Assembly: GCA_963748015.1 (NCBI GenBank)
Contig: CAVVHE010000005.1
Coordinates: 160,001-224,000, forward strand
Length of the DNA stretch: 64,000 nucleotides
Direction of reading: 5' to 3'
Source of the DNA: Terriglobia bacterium
GTDB taxonomy: Bacteria; Acidobacteriota; Polarisedimenticolia; Polarisedimenticolales; JAIQFR01
Shown one piece after another: positions 46,533 to 57,211 of the stretch (position 1 is its first letter; each line of letters opens with the position of its first letter). The translations under genes were made by a program, and so were the position numbers. The notes below the pieces were generated by a model. The model did not search any database. It saw nothing but the letters and a program-made list of their open reading frames with translations, and was not told where the DNA came from.

Positions 46533-48380
46533 ATGGTTTTGGTTGCTCCACGAGTATTTGGTGTTGCTGGCATAGTGGGACGAGGTCCGAGCAGTCCCGC
46601 AAAAGCTGAGCTGCAGGAAATGGCGTCGGCGATGGTTCAGGAAGTGTGGCACAAAGGAGGCGTTTATGAGAATGCTGCGACCGGGGTTCAGATTGGTTGG
46701 GTCACCCATTGCAACACAAGTTCCGGAAGCCAGTTAATCTGGAACGAAACCAAGGATGTGGGGCTAGTGCTGGCCGGCGAATGCTTTCCAGACCCTCGCG
46801 ACATCGAAGACTTGCAGGGGAAAGGGCATCGGGTTGACGCTGAGGGTGCAAGCTACCTGGTCCATTTGTATGAGGAGTTCGGGTCTGGCTTCCTTGAAAG
46901 AGTCAATGGCTGGTTCAGCGGAGTCCTCATCGATCTTCGTAAGCAAACGATTGCCCTGTTCAACGACCGATACGGCCTTAATCGGATCTACTTTCACGAG
47001 AACTCGGAGGGGTTCTATTTCGCAACCGAAGCCAAAGCGTTGCTCAGAATCCTGCCGCATTTGCGACGGCTTGACCCCCGCAGCCTCGGTGAGGTGCTGA
47101 CGTGCGGCTGCGCGCTGCAAAACCGGACGCTCTTCTCCGGTGTCTCGCTGCTGCCTCCTGGCTCGATGTGGACGTGCACGCGGGGTCAAGAGTGGAGAAA
47201 GGAAAGCTACTTCAGTAAGGCAGTGTGGGAGGAGCAGACTCCACTTGACTGCAACGAGTTCCACGAGAGCTTGAAGGCGACCTTCAGCAGGGTGTTACCG
47301 AGATATCTTCGCCGCGCGCCTTCAATTGCGATGTCCTTGACCGGCGGGTTGGACGGACGACTGATCATGGCTTGGGCGGGCTGTGCCCCGGGGACGATGC
47401 CCTGTTACACGTTTGGCGGCCTCTACCGCGACTCTGCAGATGTCGCCATTGCGCGTCAGATCGCGCACGCATGCCGACAGTCGCATGAGGTCATATCGGT
47501 TGACCGCAGGTTTCTAGGCGAGTTCCCGAAGCTCGCCGCCAGAGCCGTGTATGGGTCCGACGGTGCCATGGATGTGACCGGCGCTGTCAACCTCTATGCC
47601 AACCGGATTGCGCAAGATATTTCCCCCGTGCGTCTGACCGGCAACTACGGCTCCGAAATCCTGAGAGGCTGCGTCGCTTTAAGACCGCGCGCTCCGAACA
47701 GGGAGCTATTCAGCACCGATCTTTCACAGTACCTCGATCGTGCAGAGTCCACCTACGCCGCGGAAGCCCGAGGTCACAGGCTTTCGTTCATCGCGTTCAA
47801 GCAGATACCGTGGCACCACGGGGCGCTGTTTGCCGTCGAGCAAAGCCAGATGGCGCTTCGTTCGCCGTACCTGGATGCGGAACTTGTCGGTCTGATGTAT
47901 CGGGCACATCCGAGCCTGATCTCCAGTGTGAAGCCGTCACTTTGGCTGATCCGGGAGGGCAACCCGGTGCTGAGCCGGATCCCCACGGATCACGGGATCA
48001 TTCAAGGACGCATCCCCATGCAGACCGCATGTCGGAGGCTCTGGCAGGACTTTACCCTGAAGGCGGAATACGCCTACGATTCTGGGATGCCCTCCTGGCT
48101 CGCCAAGATCGATCGTGCGATGGGGCCGCTGCACGGCGAGAGGCTCTTCCTCGGCCGGCACAAGTTCACCCATTTCCGCACCTGGTATCGTCGGGAACTC
48201 TCCGAGTACATCCGGGACATTCTCTTGGACTCCCAGACACTCAACCGGGAGTTTTTTCAGCGACCTTACTTGGAGAGCATGGTCAACAACCACACAAGGG
48301 GAATCTGCAACCATACGGATGACATCCATCGCGCCCTCACCCTCGAACTGATCCAGAGGCACCTGATTGCCATGAATTAG
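46533..48380 (+). CDS. Asparagine synthetase (AsnB)-like amide ligase lacking the N-terminal catalytic Cys; start uncertain
   Basis: GE, LVHLYEE.G, NG.F, NDRYG..IY, FATEAKAL, LPPG, PP-loop SLTGGLDGR, TFG, LTG..GSE, RSPYLD. Confidence 0.85.
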   Translation: MVLVAPRVFGVAGIVGRGPSSPAKAELQEMASAMVQEVWHKGGVYENAATGVQIGWVTHCNTSSGSQLIWNETKDVGLVLAGECFPDPRDIEDLQGKGHRVDAEGASYLVHLYEEFGSGFLERVNGWFSGVLIDLRKQTIALFNDRYGLNRIYFHENSEGFYFATEAKALLRILPHLRRLDPRSLGEVLTCGCALQNRTLFSGVSLLPPGSMWTCTRGQEWRKESYFSKAVWEEQTPLDCNEFHESLKATFSRVLPRYLRRAPSIAMSLTGGLDGRLIMAWAGCAPGTMPCYTFGGLYRDSADVAIARQIAHACRQSHEVISVDRRFLGEFPKLAARAVYGSDGAMDVTGAVNLYANRIAQDISPVRLTGNYGSEILRGCVALRPRAPNRELFSTDLSQYLDRAESTYAAEARGHRLSFIAFKQIPWHHGALFAVEQSQMALRSPYLDAELVGLMYRAHPSLISSVKPSLWLIREGNPVLSRIPTDHGIIQGRIPMQTACRRLWQDFTLKAEYAYDSGMPSWLAKIDRAMGPLHGERLFLGRHKFTHFRTWYRRELSEYIRDILLDSQTLNREFFQRPYLESMVNNHTRGICNHTDDIHRALTLELIQRHLIAMN

Positions 48381-48521
48381 CGGCCGATTCTTGGGGCGCT
48401 CACTCTAACCCGGCACGCTCCACATCTGCACCGATTGTACAAAGCCAGTCTCCAGGGCGGCGGGGCTCCATCGTAAGGCGCCAGCAGCCCCTACCTCGCA
48501 GAAGTTCAGCTTCCGTACGCC

Positions 48522-49412
48522 ATGCATGTTTGCGTTTGCATCTGTACTTACCGGCGCTGCTCGTATTTGAGGCGATTGCTACGAGAATTGATCAGCCAGA
48601 TCACGGACGGCCTTTTCACATTCTCGATCGTTGTGGTTGACAACGACACCCAGCAGTCGGCAAAGCCGGTGGTCGATGAGTTTTTCGGACGACCGCACAT
48701 TGAGATCAACTACCACGTTGAAGAGCGGCAGAACATCGCACTGGCCCGGAACAAGGCCGTCCAACACTCCAAAGGCGATTATGTTGCATTCATCGATGAC
48801 GATGAGTTTCCGACGTCCAACTGGCTCCAGTTGCTGTTGCGCGCGTGCGACCGGTACCAGGCCGATGGGGCGCTTGGCCCGGTAAAACCGCACTATGACA
48901 CAACGCCGCCTCGGTGGGTTGTCAAGGGAGGCTTCTATGATCGCCCCAGCTATCCAACCGGACTCGTGATTGACTGGCGGAAGGGCAGGACCGGCAACAC
49001 CCTGCTCCGGCGGCAACTGCTTTTGGCCGAGCATCTGCCATTCAACCCGGAATTCCTCTCGGGGGAGGATCAAGACTTGTTCCGCAGGTTGATTCAAAAG
49101 GGGCATGTTTTTGTCTGGTGCCACGAGGCCATGGCCTATGAATCGGTTCCTCCACAACGCTGGCGACTGTCGTTCATGTTGCGAAGAGCCCTGCTCCGCG
49201 GCCAGGTCGCCGCACTCGAGCCTTCTGCGGGCCTGCTCGACACGGTGAAGTCCGGTCTTGCCGTGGTGCTCTACGCGGTCGCGCTCCCATTTCTCCTGCT
49301 CGCGGGGCTTCATGTGTTCATCCAATACTTGGTCAAGCTGTGTGATCATCTCGGCAAGCTTCTGGGCATTTTGGGGCTGAATCCGGTCAAGGAGAGCTAC
49401 GTTACCGAATAG
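48522..49412 (+). CDS. Glycosyltransferase family 2 (ExoM-like)
   Basis: VCICTYRR, VVVDND, NIALARN, AFIDDDE, GED..LF.R. Confidence 0.9.
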   Translation: MHVCVCICTYRRCSYLRRLLRELISQITDGLFTFSIVVVDNDTQQSAKPVVDEFFGRPHIEINYHVEERQNIALARNKAVQHSKGDYVAFIDDDEFPTSNWLQLLLRACDRYQADGALGPVKPHYDTTPPRWVVKGGFYDRPSYPTGLVIDWRKGRTGNTLLRRQLLLAEHLPFNPEFLSGEDQDLFRRLIQKGHVFVWCHEAMAYESVPPQRWRLSFMLRRALLRGQVAALEPSAGLLDTVKSGLAVVLYAVALPFLLLAGLHVFIQYLVKLCDHLGKLLGILGLNPVKESYVTE

Positions 49413-49441
49413 GTGGGAGGCGCCATGGAGGTGCGCCAGTC

Positions 49442-50497
49442 GTGAATCCATCTGAATCCATAGCACAGCCTGAGGACCTTGTCCTAGTCACCGGTGCAAC
49501 CGGTTTTGTCGGGTTACGGGTGGTCGAGCGGTTGCTGGGGCTTGGCTATCGTAACGTCCGTTGCCTTGTGCGTCCGTCGAGCGATGTGACTGGCTTGGAA
49601 CAGCTTGCCGACCGGTGTCAGCGGGAAGCCCGAATCGAGCTCGTGCGGGGTAACCTTCTCTCTCGCCCTGACTGTCTCGATGCTGCGAAGGATGCCGTGG
49701 TGGTTTACCATTTGGCCGTGGGGGCCGGCGGGAAGTCGTTTCCGGACCTGTTCATGAACTCGGTGTTGACCACCCGCAATCTGCTGGATGCAGCACTGCA
49801 TCACCATTGTGTGAGGCGGTTTGTCAATGTCAGCAGCTTCGCTGTCTACTCGAACCGGGACGACCGTCGGCCACCGGTGCTGGATGAATCCTCAGCCGTC
49901 GAAGAACATCCTGAACTCAGGGGCGAGGCCTACTGCTATGCTAAGGTCAAACAGGATCAGATCGTGATGCAATATGGGATCCAGCACAACCTGCCATACG
50001 CGATCGTTCGCCCGGGCGTTGTCTATGGGCCGGGCAAGAAGGGGATCGTCGGAAGGGTGGGGATCGGGACGTTCGGTATCTTCCTGCACCTGGCTGGAGG
50101 GAACCGGGTCCCGTTGACCTACGTGGAGAACTGTGCTGAGGCCATCGTGCTGGCGGGCCTCAAACCCGGCATTGATGGCGAGGTGTTCAACATCATTGAC
50201 GACGACCTGCCAACCAGCCGCCAGATACTGCGTCTTTACAAGAGCGAGGTGCAGCGCTTCAGGTCCATCTATGTCCCTCACCTCCTCAGCTACTTGTTGT
50301 TTTATGCCTGGGAGAAGTATTCGTCCTGGTCACAAGGGCAGTTACCGCCGACCTTCAATCGCCGGGCGTGGCATGCCTACTGGAAGGGGAACTGCTATTC
50401 GAACCTGAAACTAAAGCAGTTCCTTGGTTGGAAGCCCCGGGTTACGACCACGGAGGGAATCCAACGATACTTGGCGGCGTGTCGAGAGGATAGCTAA
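49442..50497 (+). CDS. NAD-dependent epimerase/dehydratase (extended SDR)
   Basis: VTGATGFVG, VYHLA, VSS.AVY, YCYAK (YxxxK), RPG.VYGPG. Confidence 0.9.
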   Translation: MNPSESIAQPEDLVLVTGATGFVGLRVVERLLGLGYRNVRCLVRPSSDVTGLEQLADRCQREARIELVRGNLLSRPDCLDAAKDAVVVYHLAVGAGGKSFPDLFMNSVLTTRNLLDAALHHHCVRRFVNVSSFAVYSNRDDRRPPVLDESSAVEEHPELRGEAYCYAKVKQDQIVMQYGIQHNLPYAIVRPGVVYGPGKKGIVGRVGIGTFGIFLHLAGGNRVPLTYVENCAEAIVLAGLKPGIDGEVFNIIDDDLPTSRQILRLYKSEVQRFRSIYVPHLLSYLLFYAWEKYSSWSQGQLPPTFNRRAWHAYWKGNCYSNLKLKQFLGWKPRVTTTEGIQRYLAACREDS

Positions 50498-50498
50498 C

Positions 50499-51626
50499 GT
50501 GCTAAAGGTTGCAATCATCGGTTGCGGCAAAATCGCCGATATCCACGCCTCCCAGATTCAGAGGATTGAATCATGCGAGATCGTGGGAGTGTGTGATCGC
50601 GAAGAGTTGATGGCCGAGCAACTGGCCGAGCGATTTCACGTCAAACGATTCTACAGTGATGTGGCGGAGATGCTGCGATCCTCTCGGCCGGACGTTGTGC
50701 ATATTACAACGCCTCCGTCCAGCCACTATGCGCTCGCCAAGCAGTGTCTTGGCCAGGGATGCCACGCTTACGTGGAGAAGCCATTCACCCTGCGCGCGTG
50801 GGAGGCGGAGGAACTCATTGCGCTTGCCAACGCCAGCCATCTGAAAATGACGGTGGGCCACGATGCCCAGTATAGCCATGCCGCCAGGCGGTTGAGACAG
50901 CTCGTCAAGGGCGGCTACTTGGGAGGCGTGCCGATCCACATGGAAAGCGTGTGGTGCTATGAGTTGACCGGTCAGGCTTACGCCCGGGCGTTTCTGGGGG
51001 ATCAGCATCACTGGGTGCGAGCCCTGCCGGGTGGCCTGCTGCACAACATCATCAGTCACGGCATCGCCAAGGTGGCCGAATTCGTGCCCACTGACTCGCC
51101 TCAGGTGGTCGCGCATGGTTTCGTCAGCCCCTGCCTGCGGAGCGTGGGCGAGGCGGACCTCATCGATGAGTTGAGGGTTATCATCTCGGACGGTTGCCAG
51201 ACCACCGCCTACTTCACGTTCTCCTCGCAGATTCATCCGTCGCTTCATCGGTTCAGCATCTATGGGCCGAGACATGGGTTGATGCTGGACGAAGATCAGC
51301 AAACGGTCATCAAGCTCCGGGGTGACAGGTTGAAGAGCTATCTGGAGAAATTCCTGCCTCCGCTGGATTTCGCATGGCAACATCTTGGCTGTGTCACCCG
51401 CAGCGTCAGGCTTTTCCTCGCGAATGACTTTCACATGGAATCTGGGATCAAGTCCCTCATTGAGACATTCTACAGCTCTATCCGGTCCGGGGCGCCCCTG
51501 CCGATTGCATATCGGGAGATCCTTGTGACGGCTCGGATCATGGATGCCATATTCGACCAACTCCGCGCGGAGCGAGCGTGTATCCATGTTGCGCCAGGTC
51601 GAGTCGGATTGCTTGGGACGCCGTGA
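50499..51626 (+). CDS. Gfo/Idh/MocA oxidoreductase
   Basis: IIGCG.IA..H, PDVVHITTPP..H, YVEKPF, VGH. Confidence 0.88.
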   Translation: MLKVAIIGCGKIADIHASQIQRIESCEIVGVCDREELMAEQLAERFHVKRFYSDVAEMLRSSRPDVVHITTPPSSHYALAKQCLGQGCHAYVEKPFTLRAWEAEELIALANASHLKMTVGHDAQYSHAARRLRQLVKGGYLGGVPIHMESVWCYELTGQAYARAFLGDQHHWVRALPGGLLHNIISHGIAKVAEFVPTDSPQVVAHGFVSPCLRSVGEADLIDELRVIISDGCQTTAYFTFSSQIHPSLHRFSIYGPRHGLMLDEDQQTVIKLRGDRLKSYLEKFLPPLDFAWQHLGCVTRSVRLFLANDFHMESGIKSLIETFYSSIRSGAPLPIAYREILVTARIMDAIFDQLRAERACIHVAPGRVGLLGTP

Positions 51627-52789
51627 AAAATCTGGTTCCAACACAGACGCGTGCAGACTTAAGCGCGCCGAGCCCGGGCTCGGACTATTGTGTTCAGACC
51701 GGGCCATTTGCGCCCGGTGTCTGGAGTGAGGTGCTGGGTGCGTTCAGTGATGCCAATATCTTCCAAGCGTGGTCCTACGAGGCTGTCCGCAGCGGATCGT
51801 CGAACGTGTCCCACCTGGTGCTTAAGCGCGGTGCCGTTCCCGTGGCGGCCGCGCAGGCCCGCCTGGTTCGAATTCCCTGCCTCGGAAGCCGCCTGGCCTA
51901 TATCCGGTGGGGACCACTGTGGCAGTCGCGAGGAGTTGACCCGGATGTGGAGGTTTTTCGCGAGGTGGTGCGCGCGCTTCGCCGCGAATATGTGGAACGA
52001 CGTCGAATGGCCATCCGAGTGGCGCCTCACATCGAGGAGAGCGAGTGTGGAACCCATCGCGCCATTCTGGAGCAGGAGGGATATGTCGAGCTGGCCCGGC
52101 GGACACCTTACCAGACGATCCTCATGGACATCCGGCCTTCTTTGGAGGAACTGAATCGTGGTCTGCATCAGAAATGGCGCAACTGCCTGAGCGGAGCCCG
52201 CAAGCGCAATCTGGAAGTGGTGGAGGGCGAAGGAGATGAATTATTCAGGGAGTTTGAATCGATCTACTCGGATATGCTCGATCGCAAGCAATTCAGCAGC
52301 GCTGTCAAACCCTCACAATTTCGGAGGATCCAACAAGAGCTTCCTTCTGGTGAAAGGCTCCATGTGGTCGTCTGCCGAACGGAGGGCAGAGCCTGTGCCA
52401 GCGTCATCTCGTCTGCCATCGGATCCCAGGGACTCTACCTGCTGGGCGCCACGAGCACATCGGGAATGAAAACCAACGGATCCTATTTGGCGCAGTGGAG
52501 GACTATCGAGTGGCTCAAAGAACGGGGGTGCCTTCGCTACAATCTACACGGCATCAACCCAAGGCAGAACGAGGGGGTTTACCGGTTCAAGTCCCGCTTG
52601 GCGGGGGAGCATGGCCGCGAGGTTCACTTCCTGGGGCAGTTCGACGCGTATCCAAACCGGTCAGTGAGGCTTCTTGTACGGTTTGCCGAGTTCGTGAAGC
52701 GACAGCTTAGCAGGAGGCAAGCGTGCCTTACAGGTGTATCCACGGCGGGACCACCAGCGACGAACAGAGATGCAGTCGGAAACGACTGA
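51623..52789 (+). CDS. FemABX-family aminoacyl-tRNA-dependent transferase-like protein
   Basis: NIFQ.W, AYIRWGP, T..MDI..LEEL...L.QKWRN, YLLGAT, YL.QW..I.W.K..G...YNL.G, GVYRFK..L.G. Confidence 0.8.
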   Translation: MKNLVPTQTRADLSAPSPGSDYCVQTGPFAPGVWSEVLGAFSDANIFQAWSYEAVRSGSSNVSHLVLKRGAVPVAAAQARLVRIPCLGSRLAYIRWGPLWQSRGVDPDVEVFREVVRALRREYVERRRMAIRVAPHIEESECGTHRAILEQEGYVELARRTPYQTILMDIRPSLEELNRGLHQKWRNCLSGARKRNLEVVEGEGDELFREFESIYSDMLDRKQFSSAVKPSQFRRIQQELPSGERLHVVVCRTEGRACASVISSAIGSQGLYLLGATSTSGMKTNGSYLAQWRTIEWLKERGCLRYNLHGINPRQNEGVYRFKSRLAGEHGREVHFLGQFDAYPNRSVRLLVRFAEFVKRQLSRRQACLTGVSTAGPPATNRDAVGND

Positions 52790-52946
52790 GTTCTGTCGCC
52801 AGCCACATCCGCTCGGAGTTGATGGCCTTTTGTGTTGAGGTGCCGGGATTGATGCGGTCCGTGCAATCCCCAGGATTTACAACCCCGCAAGGAAGCATGG
52901 AGCTTCGAATGAGGAGATATTGACGCTGCACTATGGGGATGGCCTC

Positions 52947-54347
52947 ATGACACCACAAGGTGCACTGCTGATATGTGCGTTGTTCGTTTTGTCGCTTTTC
53001 GTCGCCGATCGGAAGCGGATCGGCACATTGTCCAGTGCACTCTGGATTCCGACCCTCTGGGTTGCCATCCTGGGTTCAAGACCCATCTCGACATGGTTTG
53101 GCCTGGGAGTCCACATCGAGAATCCGGATGACTACCTGGAAGGCAGTTCATTTGACAGGATTGTATTCCTTGCGCTGATTGGCGCCGGTGTGCTCGTGTT
53201 GGCTCGGCAACAGATAGACTGGCGCGCAATCATCGCCGCCAACAAGTGGATCTGTTTATACTTCCTGTACTTGGGCATCAGCGTAATATGGGCGGATTAT
53301 CCCTTCACCGCCTTTAAGCGATGGATCAAAGATCTCGGGAATGTTGTCATGGTGTTGGTGATGCTCAGCCAACCGGAGCCGCGTAAGGCGATGTGCGCCG
53401 TGCTTGCGCGGTGCTGTTACCTATTTCTACCCGCTTCGGTGCTCCTGATAAGATATTTTCCGGAACTCGGACGATCTTACAATCGCTGGACAGGTGAGGT
53501 CTTTAATGCCGGGGTGACGACATTCAAGAACCAGCTCGGGATGACCGTGATGGTATGTGCTACGTATCTGACCTGGGAGTTCCTAACCTCCAGGAGAAAC
53601 ATCGGGAGAACCCACAGCTACGTGGATCGTTTCAACCGATGCGTTCTGATCAGTATGGCGGTTTGGCTTCTTCACGTTGCCGACAGTGCGACATCATTGG
53701 CTTGCACGGTGCTGGCGTGTGGCACCCTGATGACTGTATGGTTGCCCGCCATCCGCGACAGACTAATCCGAATCCATTGGTATGCAGTAGTGGTCGCATT
53801 GTTGCTTCTGGTCGCGAGTGCTGTATTCGACCTTCCCGGCATTGTGCTCGCAGCAGTGGATCGTGACACAACGTTGACCGGCAGGACAGACATTTGGGAG
53901 TTGGCACTCGCGGAAAAGGTGAATCCCCTCTTTGGAGCAGGCTTTTACAGCTTTTGGACTGGAGAGAGAATCGCGAGATTCTGGGACATGTACGGTGTTG
54001 GTATGAATCAGGCCCATAATGGCTACTTAGAGACTTATCTCATTGGCGGGGTGGTGGGTGTCGGGTTGCTGATTGGGATGTTGCTCTCAGCCGGGGTGAG
54101 GGTTCGGAAGGCACTCCTGATCGACCTTGAATGGGGTAGCCTCCGGTTGGTGTTCTGGATCACCGCTGTGGGTCACAATTTCACTGAGGCATCATTCAGC
54201 AAAGTAGCCGTGCTGTGGTTTCTCTTGCTGGCGGTGATGATCGAATACCCACGACAGCGCATCGCGCTCAGTCGTGCGACCTTGGCGATGTCCTCTGAAC
54301 GGTCGGAGGAGTTGCGCCGGGGCACTGCTGCATGGGCACACGTTTGA
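52947..54347 (+). CDS. Wzy polymerase / O-antigen ligase family membrane protein
   Basis: About 12 TM segments, GV...KN.LG, S.TS, TLTGR..IW, P.FG.GF.SFW, QAHNGYLE. Confidence 0.88.
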   Translation: MTPQGALLICALFVLSLFVADRKRIGTLSSALWIPTLWVAILGSRPISTWFGLGVHIENPDDYLEGSSFDRIVFLALIGAGVLVLARQQIDWRAIIAANKWICLYFLYLGISVIWADYPFTAFKRWIKDLGNVVMVLVMLSQPEPRKAMCAVLARCCYLFLPASVLLIRYFPELGRSYNRWTGEVFNAGVTTFKNQLGMTVMVCATYLTWEFLTSRRNIGRTHSYVDRFNRCVLISMAVWLLHVADSATSLACTVLACGTLMTVWLPAIRDRLIRIHWYAVVVALLLLVASAVFDLPGIVLAAVDRDTTLTGRTDIWELALAEKVNPLFGAGFYSFWTGERIARFWDMYGVGMNQAHNGYLETYLIGGVVGVGLLIGMLLSAGVRVRKALLIDLEWGSLRLVFWITAVGHNFTEASFSKVAVLWFLLLAVMIEYPRQRIALSRATLAMSSERSEELRRGTAAWAHV

Positions 54348-54375
54348 GTGCCTGGCTTTGCACGTCTCGTCGTCC

Positions 54376-55404
54376 ATGATGGAAAGCAGGAGCACGACTA
54401 TCAGCAGCTCACCGAAAGCGAATCGCAACCTCGTCCTGGATTTCGCGAAGGGTGTTCTGGTCGCCATGATGCTGCTTTACCATTGGATTAACTACTTCGT
54501 CAGCACCGAAGGATTCATTTACAGGTACATCCGGTTTGTCACTCCATCCTTTATTCTCATAACCGGTTTCCTCATTTCGAGTGTTCTCCTTCCCAAGTAC
54601 AGAGACACAAGAGCTTCGCTTACCAGGCGAATGATCAAACGCGGATCGAAGTTGCTCATTCTCTTTACCGGGCTGAACCTGTTGGGAGGATTGGTGGTCA
54701 GCACCAACTATAACGGCAGCGATGTGGGTTGGCATGCATTTATCAGGAACGCGCCAACTATTTATGTTCAGGGAATGGGCGAAACGGCCGCATTCGAAGT
54801 TTTAGTGCCCATTAGTTATCTTCTGCTTGCCAGTCCACTGATCTTATCTGTAGCCCTGACACGGAGGCGCCTGATGTATGTGATATGCGTGCTGCCATTG
54901 GCACTGGTTCTGGCGCTTCGAACCAGAGGGGTGGTAAGCTATAATCTCGATCTGCTGGCTGTGGGCTTCCTTGGGCTGCTGGCCGGTTGCCAGCCGATCT
55001 CCAAGCCGGATGTGGTTGTCCGGAAGATCGGCTGGCTCGGCATGGCATACATTGTTTACCTTGCCCTCGTTTCGATGTGGGGCGTACCGTATCTCATGCT
55101 GTTGGTGAGTGCATTTCTGAACGTCCTGGTCATCTATTCGATTGGAATTCGATGGACCTGCGGCGGAGCGATACAGCAGCATTTAGTCTTGCTCGGGCGT
55201 TACTCACTGCTGGCCTACATTGCCCAGATCGCGGCGCTTCAGTTGTTGCGTAAGGTCTTGTCAGGAGCGGATAGCGATCTCGCGCGTTGGACGTTGTCAC
55301 TGGGCTGTACGGTAGTGTTAACCAGTGGCACGGTGATTGTAGTGGACCTGCTGAAGGCGCGCTCAGGACCGGCAGACGAGGTCTACCGGTTCGTCTTTAG
55401 TTAG
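54376..55404 (+). CDS. Membrane acyltransferase (OpgC/acyltransferase-3-like)
   Basis: RN..LDFAKG..M..YH, F..ITGF, R..KL, LGRYSL..Y; polytopic membrane protein. Confidence 0.65.
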   Translation: MMESRSTTISSSPKANRNLVLDFAKGVLVAMMLLYHWINYFVSTEGFIYRYIRFVTPSFILITGFLISSVLLPKYRDTRASLTRRMIKRGSKLLILFTGLNLLGGLVVSTNYNGSDVGWHAFIRNAPTIYVQGMGETAAFEVLVPISYLLLASPLILSVALTRRRLMYVICVLPLALVLALRTRGVVSYNLDLLAVGFLGLLAGCQPISKPDVVVRKIGWLGMAYIVYLALVSMWGVPYLMLLVSAFLNVLVIYSIGIRWTCGGAIQQHLVLLGRYSLLAYIAQIAALQLLRKVLSGADSDLARWTLSLGCTVVLTSGTVIVVDLLKARSGPADEVYRFVFS

Positions 55405-55441
55405 TGTGAGATCAGTGGGGCGTTCCATGTTCAGCAATTCT

Positions 55442-55535
55442 GCCCATGAACCTCAAAACATTTCTGCTGATTGCCAATGGCTTACGCAATTTGAGGTTCA
55501 AGGGAGCAACGCGCCCTTAAAAAGCGGGGAAGTTT
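55442..55535. repeat. MITE/REP-like palindromic element inserted in the IS left IR
   Basis: cccatgaacctcaaa (55443-55457) / tttgaggttcaaggg (55490-55504), 14/15 inverted repeat. Confidence 0.7.
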
Positions 55536-55664
55536 CATTTTGAGACCTGGCAAGGCGATGGGCTGAGGAAGGTGAGGGTCGGGAAGGGGGGGCACCTCAT
55601 CGTCACTCTTTGTCACACAATTGTAACTTGTACTTTTGAGCCGCGTACCGGCATTGCTGGGCGC

Positions 55665-56998
55665 GTGAATTCGCGCGCCTTCGATCACCTCATCGAACGC
55701 CTGCGCTCTGTCGCCGCCGCGACTGCCGGACCGGCGCACCGGCGACAACACCCGCTATTGCCATGGCCGACATCGCCCTGGCGGCCTTCTGCGGTGTTCT
55801 TCACCCAGTGCCCCTCGTTCCTGAGCTTTCAGCGAGCCATGGAACAGGCCCGCGGCCGCAACAATGCCCGCTCCCTCTTCCAGGTCGAACAGCATCCCCA
55901 GCGACAATCACATCCGCCAGACGCTCGATCCGGTCGCGCCCGCATCATCTCTTCAGCCTGTTCGATGATCTGCACCAAGCCTTCGATCAAGCGGGCCTGC
56001 TGGAGCACATGCGCGCCGTGGAGCACACCCGGCTCATCGCGCTGGACGCCACCTGGTATTTCTCCTCCCAGTCCAAAAACATTCGTTGCCCCAACTGTTC
56101 GTGCATTCGACACGCCGACGGCCAGACCACGCATTTCCACAGCGCCATCACGCCGGTGATCGTCAGTCCGGGCCACCGCCAGGTCGTGCCGCTGCGCCCG
56201 GAGTTCATCACGCCGCAGGACGGGCAGGTCAAGCAGGACTGCGAAATCAACGCCGCCAAACGCTGGCTGGCCGCCCACGCCGAACGTTACTCCACCGGCA
56301 ACGACACCTTGCTGGGCGACGATCTTTACGCCCATCAACCCTTCTGCCGGCAGGTGCTGCTGCACGGGTTTCATTTTCTGTTCACCTGCAAGCCCGCTTC
56401 CCATGCCACCTCGCACCAATGGGTGGAAGGCTTGGAACCGGGCCGCCAGTTGCACACCTTGAAGCTGCGGGTCAAAGGCAAAGGCAACCGCTGGGAACAC
56501 CACCACTATCGCTGGGCCAACGGCGTGCCGCTGACCGACAGCGACGACGCCCTGAAAGTCAACTGGTGCGAACTGACGATCACCGATGCGGAGGGAGCGG
56601 TGCTTTACCGCAACTCCTTCATCACCGACTGGAACATCAGCGCCGACAACGTCGCCGGGCTGGTGGCCGCCGGGCGGGCGCGCTGGAAGATCGAGAACGA
56701 AAACAACAACGTGCTCAAGAACCAGGGCTATCACCTGGAGCACAACTTCGGTCACGGCAAGCAACATCTGTCCATCGCTGCTGGCGACGATGAACCTGCT
56801 GGCCTTTGGCCTGCACACCTTGCTGGAGTTGGCCGATGCAAGCTACCGGCTGATCCGCGCCACGGTGGGCGCGCGGCGGAGGTTCTTTCAGCACTGGAGG
56901 CGCTGACCACCTATCTGCATTTTGAGAGCTGGGAGCGGCTGATGGATTTCATGATGCGGGGACTGGAAATCGGCCCCTACGCCGTTCAAAAAAGCTAA
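55665..56998 (+). CDS. DDE transposase, frameshifted
   Basis: LPDRRTG, PSFL.FQ, IALDAT.YFSS..CPNC, QDG..KQDCE..AAKRW, GDDLY..QP, GRARWKIENE.NN.LK..GY.LEHNFGHG. Confidence 0.85.
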
Positions 56999-57211
56999 GA
57001 CCGGCAGAGCCGGGAACCGACACGCTGCAGGGGCGTGAAGACTGTGCATTGTCTCTGACCACTCAAGAACCCTCAAAATATCCCCATCGACTCTTCCCCG
57101 GCACTACAACGCCCAGATGTTTCCAAAACCTCCCCGCGCTGGTAGCGCCAAAATGAGAATAGCTGTTGCATGTTCGGAGTTGCTTGTGATTCGGCAGAGG
57201 CTAATTTAATT

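Larger units (their letters stand above)
55432..57165 (+). mobile_element. Insertion sequence (ISNCY/IS4-clan DDE) with 9-bp TSD; left IR interrupted
   Basis: Ends cagcaattct (55432) and agaatagctg (57165). Flanks ttccatgtt / ttgcatgtt (8/9). Confidence 0.8.
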
